Positions 1 to 10,986 of a stretch of 64,000 nucleotides of DNA are shown here, piece after piece. The DNA is from Candidatus Kaiserbacteria bacterium (lineage in GTDB: Bacteria > Patescibacteriota > Minisyncoccia > Phycocordibacterales > Phycocordibacteraceae), in contig OY969413.1 in assembly GCA_963699165.1 (NCBI GenBank), forward strand, positions 63,506-127,505. The letters run 5' to 3'. The notes under the pieces were generated by a model. The model searched no databases, was not told the origin of the DNA, and was given only the letters and a program-made list of their open reading frames with translations. Positions within the stretch are counted from its first letter, which is position 1, and each line of letters opens with the position of its first letter. The position numbers were made by a program, and so were the translations under genes.

Positions 1-15
1 GGCGCGGCGGCAGGA

Positions 16-807
16 GTGCTTATCGCCGCGCCGTGGCACGTCTACGAGACCGTTGTACGCGGGGCCGTGTTTTGGCAGACCTATCTCGGCGTGCATGTCG
101 TCGAGCGCTTCACGTCAAACATTCTTCCGAGCGGGACCTGGACCGTGATGCAAAGTGCGCAATACCTTTGGACATTCACCGAGCCCTGGTTTCCGCTCTT
201 TATTGGCGTCATCGGTCTTTGCGTCTATGCAGTAGCCCGAAGGAAGATTGAACCGTTTCTGCGTCCGGTTCTCGTGAGTGCGATTACCGCGCTCGTCATT
301 TTTGCGATAGTGTTTGCCTCTGCCACGAGAATACCGACGTATTTCCTCCCCGCATATCCGTTTGTCGCACTCGCAATTGCCACGACCGGCCGGTATCTTT
401 TGACTCGTTTTCCCGTCCTTGCGCAAAGGAAAAATGTATTGCTCTGCATCGGTATCGCGCTATTTGCAATCGGATCTGCGGTCACGATGTATGTATGGCT
501 TCATCTGTCACCCGATCAGCGGGCAGGGGACACGGTCGCTTTGGATGAAAAACGCGCAGGGCTCATCATGGCGCAAAATCCGGAAACGCTCGCGTACACC
601 TACCAATATAATTTCTGGGATGCGCTTGAATTTTACAGCGGCAAGCACTTAACCAAACTTGCCCTCGGCCAAAATCTTTCCCAGCCGATATATGTGATTA
701 TCTGGTCCGTCTATCTTCAGCATTTCTCTTTTCCTCCGGCCCTCGCCGCGCATTTCAAGACGCTCTATAAGGGACGAGCGCTCACGCTTTTTTACTTCTC
801 ACCATAA
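16..807 (+). CDS. membrane glycosyltransferase, GT39/ArnT-like, C-terminal part (5' end lies outside the window)
   Basis: The ORF is open to the window edge. It has many hydrophobic TM segments and resembles the C-terminal portion of PMT_2/ArnT-type glycosyltransferases. Confidence 0.45.
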   Translation: MLIAAPWHVYETVVRGAVFWQTYLGVHVVERFTSNILPSGTWTVMQSAQYLWTFTEPWFPLFIGVIGLCVYAVARRKIEPFLRPVLVSAITALVIFAIVFASATRIPTYFLPAYPFVALAIATTGRYLLTRFPVLAQRKNVLLCIGIALFAIGSAVTMYVWLHLSPDQRAGDTVALDEKRAGLIMAQNPETLAYTYQYNFWDALEFYSGKHLTKLALGQNLSQPIYVIIWSVYLQHFSFPPALAAHFKTLYKGRALTLFYFSP

Positions 808-822
808 TCAAACAGTGAACTT

Positions 823-1029
823 ATGAAATGGAAAAAGCCGCCGGTTATAAAAATCTACGAGGCGCTCGGCGCCGTTGCCGACGGCCGAATCGAAGTCGAC
901 GGAAACGCGGCCAAGGTGTATTCGTCGAGCGGCCCCCGTGATGGTTCGTGGTATGTGCCACAAATTCGGAAAAGAGAAAATTCATTCAGGAAAGGCGGGG
1001 GAGAGAAGGAGAAGGGGCAAAAAATTTGA
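823..1029 (+). CDS. small hypothetical protein
   Basis: A 68-aa ORF lies directly downstream of the preceding gene. Its 3' end overlaps a direct repeat and support is weak. Confidence 0.25.
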   Translation: MKWKKPPVIKIYEALGAVADGRIEVDGNAAKVYSSSGPRDGSWYVPQIRKRENSFRKGGGEKEKGQKI

Positions 1030-1214
1030 AGGTGGGTTTGAGAGGGGCGTTTTGAATCGGTGAATTAGAGGTTGAGTACAAGGTCGAACCTTGTAAGTAT
1101 TAAAATTCGGCACTTTCCGATTACAAGGTTCGACCTTGTAGCAAGTTCTGGAAGGTCAGACCTTCCAGAACGAAAATTTGAAGGTGGGTTTGGGGGCGAT
1201 TTGAATCGGTGAAT
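1021..1214. promoter_or_regulatory. operator-like palindrome cluster bracketed by ~42-45 bp direct repeats, ~180 bp upstream of dinB
   Basis: Two perfect 19-bp palindromes are present: TACAAGGTCGAACCTTGTA (~1077-1095) and TACAAGGTTCGACCTTGTA (~1122-1140). A 25-bp palindrome TTCTGGAAGGTCAGACCTTCCAGAA lies at ~1146-1170. Near-identical direct repeats AAAATTTGAAGGTGGGTTTG..TTGAATCGGTGAAT flank them at ~1021-1065 and ~1173-1214. Confidence 0.5.
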
Positions 1215-1391
1215 GGGCGATGGTGGGGGAAATAGTGACCACCCCCCATTTTTTGCTAATGAACCAGTATTTGCGCAAAGGACCGCGGGGGTATTTTCTC
1301 GAACCGGCAAATGCAAAGTACAAACCAATCTATCCGGAAAACACGCTCAACATCGAAGCGGTCGTGACTGCCGTCGTGCGCAAATACTAGT

Positions 1392-2699
1392 ATGGCGTGG
1401 GGCTCACTGGGGTCGTATCCGCGAGCCATCCTCCACGTCGACGGGGACGCTTTCTTTGCGTCGTGCGAAGTGGCGAAGAATCCGTCGCTTCGCGGCAAGC
1501 CGGTCATCACGGGGAAAGAGCGCGGGATTGTCTCGGCCGCGTCGTATGAAGCAAAAGCGCGCGGGGTGAAGCGAGGGATGCGTTTGAGCGAGGTGCGGAA
1601 GGTGTGTCCGGACGCGGTGATACTTCCGTCTGACTACGAAACGTACAGCATTTTTTCCGAGCGCATGTACGCGATAGTGCGGAGGTACACGCCCGCGGTT
1701 GAGGAATACAGCATTGATGAATGTTTTGCTGACCTTACGGGGTTGCGCGGCCGTTTGCACATGAGCTATGGGCAAATGGCCGCGAAGATGAAGCACGAGC
1801 TTGATACCGAACTCGGGATGACTTTTTCAATCGGCGTGTCGGCCACGAAGACGCTCGCAAAAATCGGCTCGAAGTGGCAGAAGCCGTCCGGACTCACGAT
1901 GATTCCGCTTCGGGACAGTGCGGCTTTTTTGGCGAAGACGCCGGTCGGCGCGGTGTGGGGTATTGGGCCGAACACGTCTGCTTTGCTCGCAAAATTTGGC
2001 ATACAAACGGCGCTCGACTTCGCAAAGAAGCCGGAAGCGTGGGTGAAGGAGCACGTCGCAAAACCGTACTTCGAAACGTGGCAGGAGCTGAACGGTTTTG
2101 CCGTAAACGAGCTCGATGTCGCGGGCAGAAAAGGGTACCAGTCCATCAGCAAGACCAAAACATTTACGCCGCCGTCGACGAACCCCGCCTTTGTGTTTGC
2201 CCAGCTTTCAAAAAATATCGAGAACGCGTGCATCAAGGCGCGCCGGTGGGACCTCGCGAGCCCCGTGATTTTCTTTTTCCTCAAGACGCAAGAGTTTGCC
2301 TATCACGGCTACGAAATCAAACTCGCGTACCCGACCAACATTCCGCAGGACATTTTGAAAGAAGTGTCGCGCTACTTTCCGAAAGTGTTTAAGAAGGGCA
2401 CGCCGTATCGGGCGACCGGCATCACGCTCATGGGACTCTCGCACACGGGAGAAACACAGCTCGACCTCTTCGGCTCGGTGCAAAAGTCGGAGGCCATCAA
2501 ACACGTCTTTGCGAGCGTCGACAAGGTCTCCGCGAAATACGGGAAGCACGCTGTTTTTCTCGGTTCGAGTTTCGGCGCGATGACGCACGCGGCGCACTTG
2601 GGCGACCGAGGCGACGTGGCAAAACGCGTTTCAACTTTGTTTAAAGGAGAAACGAACCGCCGCCGCTTGGCGATACCGATGCTGGGGGATGTGCGGTAG
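1392..2699 (+). CDS. dinB: Y-family DNA polymerase IV (DinB/UmuC-like)
   Basis: The N-terminal HVDGDAFFASCE motif is typical of Y-family polymerases (UmuC/DinB domain). It is followed by little-finger-like C-terminal region. Confidence 0.85.
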   Translation: MAWGSLGSYPRAILHVDGDAFFASCEVAKNPSLRGKPVITGKERGIVSAASYEAKARGVKRGMRLSEVRKVCPDAVILPSDYETYSIFSERMYAIVRRYTPAVEEYSIDECFADLTGLRGRLHMSYGQMAAKMKHELDTELGMTFSIGVSATKTLAKIGSKWQKPSGLTMIPLRDSAAFLAKTPVGAVWGIGPNTSALLAKFGIQTALDFAKKPEAWVKEHVAKPYFETWQELNGFAVNELDVAGRKGYQSISKTKTFTPPSTNPAFVFAQLSKNIENACIKARRWDLASPVIFFFLKTQEFAYHGYEIKLAYPTNIPQDILKEVSRYFPKVFKKGTPYRATGITLMGLSHTGETQLDLFGSVQKSEAIKHVFASVDKVSAKYGKHAVFLGSSFGAMTHAAHLGDRGDVAKRVSTLFKGETNRRRLAIPMLGDVR

Positions 2700-2752
2700 G
2701 GGCAACGCATCGAGAAATTTGACCGGCCGCCGGTGGTATAGTTAGGTGATCC

Positions 2753-3415
2753 ATGTGTTTCTCCGCGACCGCGAGCATTGCCGCCGGAGCCGCTTTGAGC
2801 GCGACGGGCGCCGTTACTCTCTCGAAAGTCAGAAAACGAAAAGAGATTCTATTTGCAAGCATTCCGCTTCTCTTCGGCATTCAACAGATTATCGATGGGG
2901 TCGTGTGGCTCTCGTTTGCATCTCCCATTCTCAATACCGTTGCCACGTACGCGTATGCGGTTTTTGCGTTTGCACTTTGGCCGGTATACGTTCCGTGGGC
3001 GGCGCTCCTGCTTGAAACGAAGCGAAAGCGCCGAGAAGTGCTCGAGGCGCTTGCCGTAGTCGGCGCATGCGTGGGAATTGTTTTTGCGTACGCCATCATT
3101 GCCGGCGGAGTGACGGCGCGCGTGCTGAATCATTGTGTCGCGTACGACACGCCGCACCCGCATCCGATTGGAATTCTCGCGTTTTACCTTCTTGCGACCT
3201 GCGGACCTTTTTTCGTCTCGAGCAAAAAATTGCTTAACGTGCTCGGCGCCGTGCTTCTCGTTTCTTTCGGCATCGCGGGATGGTTTTATTTCGATACGTT
3301 TTCTTCAACATGGTGCTTTTTCTCCGCAATTATAAGCGGAATCATTTATTGGTATTTCGAACAGACGTCCACGGTTCGTTCCCGCCGCATCCGTACGCGA
3401 AACGCGGCGGCATAA
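2753..3415 (+). CDS. hypothetical polytopic membrane protein
   Basis: 220-aa ORF with ~6 predicted hydrophobic helices and no recognisable catalytic motif. Confidence 0.5.
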   Translation: MCFSATASIAAGAALSATGAVTLSKVRKRKEILFASIPLLFGIQQIIDGVVWLSFASPILNTVATYAYAVFAFALWPVYVPWAALLLETKRKRREVLEALAVVGACVGIVFAYAIIAGGVTARVLNHCVAYDTPHPHPIGILAFYLLATCGPFFVSSKKLLNVLGAVLLVSFGIAGWFYFDTFSSTWCFFSAIISGIIYWYFEQTSTVRSRRIRTRNAAA

Positions 3416-3987
3416 AAACTGCCCCGTTTGCGGCGGGGCAGTTTGAATGTGCTTGGCGTTATGCGAATACTTCGTAGATTGCGCGAATTGCCTCCTCAAG
3501 ATCGTCCTCATCGACTCCGATGGTGATGTTGCGTTCGCTTCCTCCCTGAATAATCAGCCGTACGTTTATGCCGCGCGCCGCGAGAGCGTCTTTGAAAACC
3601 TTGCCAGCGACACCCGGCGTGTGCGACATCGTATTTCCAACGACGCAGATGAGAGACAGGGGAGGTTCGACTTTGATAGTGTCGGGGTTGAGTTTGTTTT
3701 TAAGGCCCGACAGAACGACCTCGAGTTTGCCGTTTAAACTCTCGCTGCTCACCACGAAACTCGCGTCATCGATGCTCGTCGGAATGTGTTCGAGATTTAC
3801 TCCATATTCCAAAAACACATCGCAAGCGTCTCTCAAGAATCCGCTCAATTCGTTCATTGCGAACTTCGACACTGTTAACGCCATGAATCCTTTGCGTCCC
3901 GCGATGCCGGCGATTGTTCCCGGCGTTCTCGGCCGGGCTTTTTCATCTGGTACAATCCACGTGCCTTCGTCGTGGCACCCAAACCCC

Positions 3988-4911
3988 TCAATTCGAACGA
4001 CGGTTTTTTGCGCTCCTCTGAGCGCGTTGTTTCTTTTCCGCAGCATACGCCTCATCTGGCGTGAGTGAACCGAGCACATCCATGAAGCGGCGATTCATCT
4101 TTGCTTCGAGTTTCTGCACAAATCTTTTTGAATACTTTGAAATATCCGAGCTTTTCGGGATGTACCGCCGCAAGTCCTTGTTCAGATTCTCGATTGATGG
4201 CTTCTCCCATGGCGCATGCACATGACAGAAATATATCTTCACCCCAAGCACCTTCTCTAGCCGTTTGTGTTCGAGAAAGAGAATATCGTTGTCGAATGTG
4301 ATGGTCTGCATCTCGGGATACCGCTTTTTCATTCTGCGAAGCGCTCGCTCCACGTTTCGCACTGACACTGGCAGGATCCGCTCCAGCAGGTTTTTGCGCA
4401 CCCTGCGATCCCGCAGACCAAGAATGATGCCTTGACCGCTCTTGCCCGACACGATGAAGTCGCCCTCCATGTGACCCAATCCCCATCGCTTGTTGATTTT
4501 GCTCGGTCGTTTGTCGATCAGGCGCTTGTCGGCAATGTGTGGTTTCGATGGCCGAGAGCGTCGCCTCTTCTTGAATACCTTTGCTCGATGCGACTCGATC
4601 CGTCTGCCATACGGGCTCTTGATATATCGGCGTATAGCCGAGGATGAAGCATATCCGATATCCTTCTCGATCCGCTTCAATCGAAGTGAGATGTTTTCGG
4701 GCGACTGATCGTCGAAGAGATGCGCCTCGATGAACTTCCGGAGCTTCGGGTCGAGAGCAATCATCTTGCCGACCGCTCGGCTGTATTTCCTTCGTACGTA
4801 TGAAATGTGATGCGCATATGCAGCATCATACGGCCGTCCCTTCCTCTTCTTTTGCGTCTCGTACCATATGACACTCTTCGGTCGGTCGAGTGCATCTCCG
4901 ACATCTTGCAA
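3988..4911 (-). CDS. IS30-family DDE transposase
   Basis: The 307-aa protein has a basic N-terminal HTH region and the GHMEGDFI motif, matching the HWEGDLV signature of IS30 transposases. Confidence 0.8.
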   Translation of the reverse strand: MQDVGDALDRPKSVIWYETQKKRKGRPYDAAYAHHISYVRRKYSRAVGKMIALDPKLRKFIEAHLFDDQSPENISLRLKRIEKDIGYASSSAIRRYIKSPYGRRIESHRAKVFKKRRRSRPSKPHIADKRLIDKRPSKINKRWGLGHMEGDFIVSGKSGQGIILGLRDRRVRKNLLERILPVSVRNVERALRRMKKRYPEMQTITFDNDILFLEHKRLEKVLGVKIYFCHVHAPWEKPSIENLNKDLRRYIPKSSDISKYSKRFVQKLEAKMNRRFMDVLGSLTPDEAYAAEKKQRAQRSAKNRRSN

Positions 4912-5022
4912 AGAGTATCCCTTCGCTAACAGTATCTGTATTTCGTCTCGTTCGGACCTTGTGAAGTGCGCACCGCCGGAGGTTTTTTCATTCGCTCAAT
5001 GTATCAAACGTTCGAATTCAAA
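3988..5022 (-). mobile_element. IS30-family insertion sequence (~1.03 kb) inside lysC
   Basis: It has a single transposase ORF. Terminal inverted repeats ..GAATTCGAACG.. are found at ~3990-4000 and, in reverse complement, at ~5009-5019. Its size fits IS30. Confidence 0.75.
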
Positions 5023-6211
5023 AGACCAGTCGCCCGTCAGGACAGTTCGTGCTTCGCAAATTTACGGGAATGCCGGCCTCCCTCAAAGGAGCCATTGCAA
5101 GCGGATGGAATACTTCCGCTCCGCTGTATGCAAGCTCTCGAATCTCTTTAAAGGTGACTTCGCGAACTTGCTTTGCATGCGGGACTATCCGAGGGGGCGC
5201 GCCGAGAAGGCCCGGGACATCCGTCCAATTCTGATATACGTCCGCGCCTATGAGTGCCGCGACAATCGCACCCGTGAGGTCCGAGCCCCCGCGGGTGAAT
5301 GTTTTAATCGTCCCGTCGGGATTTGCGCCATAGAAACCCGGAATGACGCACTTCGCATCCTTCAAATCGAGAGCGTTCCAGCGCCACCGTGTTTCCTCCA
5401 TGTCGAGCTCGCCGTCTTTGAAGCTGACAAAGTCCACCGCGTCGATGCACTTATACCCAAGCACCTCCGCCATGACGATGGCGTTCAGATACTCGCCTCT
5501 GCTGACGAAATGATCGACGGAACAGTCCGGCTTGAAAGCGAGCCGTCGAAGCTCTTTCAAATCCAAATCGAGCAGATTCGGCGACAGACGCAGACCGGAA
5601 ATGATCTTGCGGTATCGTTTTTCGATGTCAACGAAGATGCTCCTGATTTCGGCTTCCGACAGGCGGCCTCGGTGAATCCTATAGAGCATGTCGGTGACTT
5701 TTTGCCCGTTTTTTCTCAGTTGTCCGGGGGCCGAGACGACTACACATTGGATTTTCCAGTCGTAAACGATTTGACGCACCTTGGCGACTTCTTCGGGTCC
5801 GGCGACCGAGGACCCGCCGAACTTGGCTGCTATCTTAGGCCCGTTCATAGGGACCTCCTTTTAAGGAACGAGAGTAATCTGACTCGAAGGTACCGAAAAA
5901 CACACCTCTCCGCAAGCGCGCTTCACTGACGCCACATGCACCATGCGAAACAATAGGGATTATTTCTAACCATCACGAACATGCTGTACACCATTGCCGC
6001 GATACTCATTGTTCTCTGGCTCCTCGGTCTTGCTACGGCGTATACGCTCGGCGGATTCATTCATATCCTGCTCGTAGTCGCCGTCATCATGATTCTTATT
6101 CGGCTTATACGCGGAGAAAGTCCGGCATAGCGCGCGGAAGACGCGCGTATCACGCTATCTTCAGAGACCTGTCGGTATGATGCGCAGTATTAGCAGTAAT
6201 AGATATCCGGT

Positions 6212-6430
6212 ATGGAAACGTACGAAATGACTTGCACGTGCGGACACGTCATGACGGTCGACGCTTCGAGCCAGTGGGAGGCGGAAGCGAAGATGAAAAA
6301 AATGATGAACGAGCGGGCAGTGCAGAAGCATTGGCAGGAGATGCACGAGGGAAGCGGTCCGGTGCCAAGCGTGAAGGATGTGCACCGCATGATTGAGACG
6401 GAGCTAATTCCTTCGTTCGCCACCGCGTAG
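6212..6430 (+). CDS. small cysteine-containing protein (possible DUF1059-like metal-binding protein)
   Basis: A 72-aa ORF begins ..MTCTCGHVMTVD.. and is followed by a hairpin terminator at ~6437-6468. It is paralogous to the next ORF. Confidence 0.5.
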   Translation: METYEMTCTCGHVMTVDASSQWEAEAKMKKMMNERAVQKHWQEMHEGSGPVPSVKDVHRMIETELIPSFATA

Positions 6431-6436
6431 CGCAAG

Positions 6437-6468
6437 AAAAACCGTTCCGCTTGCGGGACGGTTTTTCT
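6437..6468 (+). terminator. rho-independent terminator-like hairpin
   Basis: Sequence AAAAACCGTTCCGC-TTGC-GGGACGGTTTTT: a GC-rich stem followed by a T-run. Confidence 0.55.
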
Positions 6469-6499
6469 TTCATGCAAATATCAGAGCCATGCGTGTAAA

Positions 6500-6706
6500 A
6501 TGCGCGCTATGAAATTTCTTATGACTTGCGGCGCATGCGGACATCAAATGCAGGGCGACGAAGGCCGCGAGTTGATGAATCGCATCAAGCTGCTGAGCCA
6601 TATCGAAAAATGCCATCCGGAGCGGGTCGCGAGGTTCCGGGAGGCGCTTCGCGCGCACGCCGACAGGCCGATTGCGTCCATCGACACTATCCTCGCGGCC
6701 GCCTAG
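6500..6706 (+). CDS. small cysteine-containing protein, paralog of 6212..6430
   Basis: A 68-aa ORF begins ..MTCGACGHQMQGD.. It shares the CxCGH-M motif and downstream HxxM/H-rich helices with the upstream gene. Confidence 0.5.
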   Translation: MRAMKFLMTCGACGHQMQGDEGRELMNRIKLLSHIEKCHPERVARFREALRAHADRPIASIDTILAAA

Positions 6707-6740
6707 AATGCAAAACCACATACGGTATACTTACCGCAAT

Positions 6741-8834
<2,094 letters not shown>

Positions 8835-8851
8835 AGCATAGATGTCGATAG

Positions 8852-8891
8852 GACGAGAGCGCACCGCCCCGTAGGGGCGGTGCGCTCTCGT
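8852..8891. terminator. bidirectional hairpin between convergent genes
   Basis: GACGAGAGCGCACCGCCCC-GTAG-GGGCGGTGCGCTCTCGT forms a 19-bp perfect stem. Confidence 0.6.
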
Positions 8892-8913
8892 TGCACTCTA
8901 ATCAAATCCCCGA

Positions 8914-10107
8914 TTAATTATTCCATCCGTTTCCGGAACCGTGCCGGTCAGTTGTGTTGCGGATCCCTCCTTGTTGCTGTTGTCCGGATCTGTTGCCCCC
9001 GCCGCCGAATCCGGAGAGCGACGACAATTCCCGTTCAAGCGCCCGCACGCGGTTTTGCAGGTCTCTGATTTCGCTCTGTAAGGTTGCGAGGTCCGGTGTC
9101 GAAGTTGCCGGCGGCGTCACCGTCGTCACGGTTGTCATGAACGTCTGATCCGACGACGTCGCAAGCGTTCCCGACGCATCTGCCGACCATACTTCGTAGT
9201 GATACGCCGTATTAGGCACGAGATCGGCAAGTGTCACCGAATGGTTCGTGACATCGGCCGGGTCGAGCGTGCTCGAAAAGCCGTAAGCCGTTGTCGTGCC
9301 GTAGGTGACTTGCGACGTTGCCGCTTGGTCGGTGGTCCACGCGATGACCGCGGTCGTATCCGCAGGTTTCGCGGCGATTCCCGAAATCACGGGGGCAGCC
9401 GTTGTCGTTGTTGCCGTCTCCTCGGTTGTCACGAACGTTCCATCCGACGAGGTCGCAAGCGTTCCCGACGCATTTCCCGACAGCACCTGGAAGTGATACA
9501 ACGTTCCGGGCGTAAGAGACGTCAGTGAGACCGAATGGCTCGTAACGTCGGCGTTGTCGAGCGCGGAGTAGTTGTCATACGCCGTCGTGGTTCCGAATGC
9601 GACCTCGGAGCTCGACGGCTGGTCGGTGGTCCATGCAATCGTTGCGGCAGTGTCGGTCGCAGTCGCTATGATTCCGGAAATGACGGGCGGACTGTTTACC
9701 GTCGGCGATGTTCCCGTTGTCGTGAACGTCTCATCCGATGATGTTGCCAGCGTGCTCGACGCATTTCCCGACAGCACCTGGAAGTAATACAACGTTCCGG
9801 GCGTAAGAGACGTCAGTGAGACCGAATGGCTTGTAACGTCCGTCATGTCGAGTGTGCTCGATGCGCCGTAACTCGTCGTGGTTCCGTACGCAACCTGCGT
9901 CGTTGCGGCTTGGTCGGTGGTCCACGTGACCGTAGCAGAAGTGTCAGCCGGAACCGCGAAGATTGCCGAGATAACCGGCGGCGTCGAAGATGCCTCCTGC
10001 GCCTCTGCCGAAAGCGGCAGAATTACGCCGCCGGCGAACGTTATTGCCGCAAGAGGGAGCAATCCTCCGGCGTGCAACAGCATTCTGCGAAATATATTTT
10101 TCGTCAT
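8914..10107 (-). CDS. secreted protein with four tandem fibronectin-III / purple-acid-phosphatase-N-like repeats and a C-terminal coiled-coil plus Gly-rich tail
   Basis: A signal-peptide-like N-terminus (MTKNIFRRMLLHAGGLLPLAAITFAGG..) is followed by four ~90-aa repeats (PVISxI.A.PADT.A.I.WTTDQ..TSQV.YGTT..Y..S..D...T.HSV.L..L.P.T.Y.FQV.S..ASG). The annotated start is inferred from the signal peptide; the longest ORF extends to 10218. Confidence 0.7.
   Translation of the reverse strand: MTKNIFRRMLLHAGGLLPLAAITFAGGVILPLSAEAQEASSTPPVISAIFAVPADTSATVTWTTDQAATTQVAYGTTTSYGASSTLDMTDVTSHSVSLTSLTPGTLYYFQVLSGNASSTLATSSDETFTTTGTSPTVNSPPVISGIIATATDTAATIAWTTDQPSSSEVAFGTTTAYDNYSALDNADVTSHSVSLTSLTPGTLYHFQVLSGNASGTLATSSDGTFVTTEETATTTTAAPVISGIAAKPADTTAVIAWTTDQAATSQVTYGTTTAYGFSSTLDPADVTNHSVTLADLVPNTAYHYEVWSADASGTLATSSDQTFMTTVTTVTPPATSTPDLATLQSEIRDLQNRVRALERELSSLSGFGGGGNRSGQQQQGGIRNTTDRHGSGNGWNN
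9100..9990. repeat. four ~270-bp tandem coding repeats (FN3-like modules)
   Basis: Protein-level periodicity is seen in the ORF 8914..10107. The many antisense ORFs here are repeat artefacts. Confidence 0.7.
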
Positions 10108-10283
10108 ACGCGTTTGTAAGTTAGCTGGTAACTCGCAAATTTTGCGATGTTCTCGAGTGTTTGGTGGGCACACAAAGCGGTCTTGTTGCGAGAACAGACA
10201 GTATGGCGCGTATGCCATTAAAGGAGCGTGAATCGAGATACCGAATCATTCATTCGGCGAGCATACGGGCATGTGCCTATATG

Positions 10284-10328
10284 CCGAGGGGGTCGTCTTT
10301 CTTTTAAAAAAGAAGACGACCCCCTCGG
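10284..10328. terminator. bidirectional hairpin terminator
   Basis: CCGAGGGGGTCGTCTTT-CTTTT-AAAAAAGAAGACGACCCCCTCGG. Confidence 0.55.
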
Positions 10329-10488
10329 CTAGACCATACACGTATTTGCCATACAGCAATCTAGTTACACTACAATTGCCAGTAATCGATTTTTCGATTA
10401 GAAGAGACAGTGGCGCGCAAGACGCTTTTCACCGTCGCAACTTCCGGGGCAACTATACAAACGAGCCGCTGAAGACCCGATGAATTTT

Positions 10489-10872
10489 CTACACGATTAC
10501 CGCTTCGTAGAGAAGAATCAAACCCAACAGCAGCGCGATGAATCCGGAAAAAGCGATAACGCCGGCGGTATTCGATTTTTTATAAAGCGAGACGGAAGAA
10601 TCCGGGAGCACAAGTATCCATGCCCCCTTGAGCAGGGCGAGCCAGCCGATAATCGAGACGAGCGACTCCAGTTCGGAGTTCCAGGAATTGTGGACCGCAA
10701 CGAGCACGGAACCGAAAAGCAGGGCTATAAATCCGCCGAACCAAAGAAGGCCATGGCTGCGGGACAATTCATCGAGGAGCCCCGACGCGCTTTTCCTGTT
10801 GATGAGAAGCGAGAGACCTGCGACGGTAAAAATAATACCGAGCACCTCTGCAAGAACCGAAGTTGTATCCAT
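10489..10872 (-). CDS. small integral membrane protein (4 TM)
   Basis: A 127-aa hydrophobic ORF starts MDTTSVLAEVLGIIFTVAG.. The longer 328-aa ORF upstream in this frame is not protein-like. Confidence 0.5.
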   Translation of the reverse strand: MDTTSVLAEVLGIIFTVAGLSLLINRKSASGLLDELSRSHGLLWFGGFIALLFGSVLVAVHNSWNSELESLVSIIGWLALLKGAWILVLPDSSVSLYKKSNTAGVIAFSGFIALLLGLILLYEAVIV

Positions 10873-10986
10873 ACAAGTGTGATTTTGCAACGAATAATAG
10901 AAACTGGTTCGACTGCCGCTAGCATAGCACCGGAAACGGTCCGATTTGCATTTCGCGCTTTGGCGAAAGTCGGCTAAAATGAATGC

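Larger units (their letters stand above)
3459..5848 (-). pseudogene. lysC: aspartate kinase (lysC) split by an IS30-family insertion
   Basis: The N-terminal fragment 5018..5848 (MNGPKIAAKFGGSSV..) contains the amino-acid kinase domain. The C-terminal fragment ~3459..3985 contains two ACT domains (..VVGNTMSHTPGVAGKVF..). AK sequence ..NCPDG continues as TWIVPDE.. across the ~1.03-kb insert. The IS-encoded junction codons give RLVF-stop on the N-terminal fragment. Confidence 0.8.

Noticed and set aside
4868-5929. 353-aa plus-strand ORF
   Set aside because: It is antisense to the aspartate kinase N-terminal fragment and the IS30 end. It is Arg/Ser-rich and low-complexity, typical of GC-rich antisense frames.
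5849-6030. Lysine riboswitch (L-box) in the lysC leader
   Set aside because: The leader lacks clear L-box conserved segments on inspection. The gene is IS-disrupted anyway. It would need a covariance-model search to call.
5993-6130. 46-codon hydrophobic ORF (TTG start) LPRILIVLWLLGLATAYTLGGFIHILLVVAVIMILIRLIRGESPA
   Set aside because: It has no ATG/GTG start or RBS, lies within the lysC leader and is below the ORF-track threshold. It is kept only as a note.
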